Shown here piece by piece: positions 63,293-64,000 of a DNA stretch of 64,000 nucleotides (position 1 is the first letter of the stretch; each line of letters opens with the position of its first letter). This stretch comes from an uncultured Rhodobiaceae bacterium. GTDB taxonomy: Bacteria > Pseudomonadota > Alphaproteobacteria > Rhizobiales > TMED25. The notes beneath the pieces were generated by a model. That model made no database searches. It worked only from the letters and a program-made list of their open reading frames with translations, and was not told where the DNA came from. The DNA is taken from the NCBI GenBank assembly GCA_913030915.1, contig CAJWEW010000004.1:22313-86312 (forward strand), given 5' to 3'. Made by a program: the position numbers and the translations under genes.

Positions 63293-64000
63293 TTAATTAT
63301 ATCGGCTAAGTGCCCTCTGAGCAGCAATCTCAATTAATTTATGAAATAATATACCAATTGCAGCCAAAAGAAGTAAGCATGCAAACATCCTTGATATGTT
63401 AAGACGATATCCGGCTTCAAGAATTCTAAATGCTAATCCGGAGCTTGAACCACCTGCACCAGCTGCAAATTCTGCAACAATTGCACCAATTAATGATAGT
63501 CCTGCAGATACTTTTAGTCCAGCGACAACGCTTGGGACTGAGTTTGGGATCTTCAAATACATTAAGGTTTTGAACTTTGATGCTTTATATAATCTAAACA
63601 AATCTAGGAGTTCTGGATTTGCAGAATTTAAACCGAATAATGTGTTCGTTAAGATAGGAAAAAATGCAACAAGCCAAACACAAATTAATAGAGCCAAATA
63701 TGTACTGTCTACATAAATAATAATAATCGGCGCAATGGCAATAATTGGGGTAACCTGCAATACAATTGCAAGTGGTAGAAGTGTATCTTGAACTGATCGT
63801 GAATAGCTCATTAATAATGCAATCAGAATTCCGCCGCTAGTTGCAAGTAAGAAACCAAGAAAAGCAATTTCAAGAGTATTCAACATAGCGGGAAAAAGGA
63901 TAGGCCAGTCCTCAAAAAGTGTCTTAACTACAAAAGAGGGAGCTGGCAGAATATATTGGGGTATCTCACCAAATAAAACATAGAGCTCCCAAATTAAAAA
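63293..64000 (-). CDS. ABC transporter permease (NitT/TauT/SsuC-like), 5' end runs off the right edge
   Basis: It is a polytopic membrane protein. The reading frame stays open upstream of the ORF-track ATG (63886) to the window end. That upstream stretch reads ..FLIWELYVLFGEIPQYILPAPSFVVKTLFEDWPILFPAMLNTLE.., which includes the conserved ILP.P... permease N-region. Confidence 0.8.
   Translation of the reverse strand, partial: FLIWELYVLFGEIPQYILPAPSFVVKTLFEDWPILFPAMLNTLEIAFLGFLLATSGGILIALLMSYSRSVQDTLLPLAIVLQVTPIIAIAPIIIIYVDSTYLALLICVWLVAFFPILTNTLFGLNSANPELLDLFRLYKASKFKTLMYLKIPNSVPSVVAGLKVSAGLSLIGAIVAEFAAGAGGSSSGLAFRILEAGYRLNISRMFACLLLLAAIGILFHKLIEIAAQRALSRYN

Overview
The window is a densely packed, AT-rich chromosomal segment (about one-third G+C by eye) with very short or overlapping gene junctions. 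Gene content and order look alphaproteobacterial: zapE-mdh-sucCD, atpHAGDC, rplU-rpmA-obg-proBA-nadD-rsfS-rlmH-ctpA-rppH, ccmABCDG (hel-type) and tatABC. It is almost entirely core housekeeping. I recognised no rRNA or tRNA genes, CRISPR arrays, transposases, phage genes or defence systems, and I could not identify a convincing previously undescribed system. The more accessory content is as follows. (1) An 11-gene corrin-ring (vitamin B12) cluster at 336-10394, followed by a tightly coupled gamma-CA-like gene at 10396-10932. It has early-cobalt-insertion hallmarks: long-form CbiX with MxCxxC and a His-rich tail, a CbiG-CobJ fusion, and CbiD. (2) An ECF sigma / ChrR-type anti-sigma pair sits beside the conserved FAD-oxidoreductase / DUF1365 / CFA-synthase-like / SDR / DUF2177 set (34183-40763). 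This matches the singlet-oxygen, fatty-acid-modification regulon known from Rhodobacter. (3) A small amidohydrolase / HlyU-like / Cys-type sulfatase group (40912-43827). (4) An oxidoreductase-rich cluster of unknown pathway (59192-64000) next to an ABC permease. Smaller observations include an Ala/Lys/Pro repeat tail on ribosomal protein L21 encoded by a 48-bp tandem repeat. There is also an unlisted ccmD mini-ORF and an intrinsic terminator embedded in the coding sequence of a convergent gene. Finally, the leader upstream of cbiX carries a weak B12-box-like element. All calls rest on reading the translated ORFs and the DNA by eye. No database search was run.
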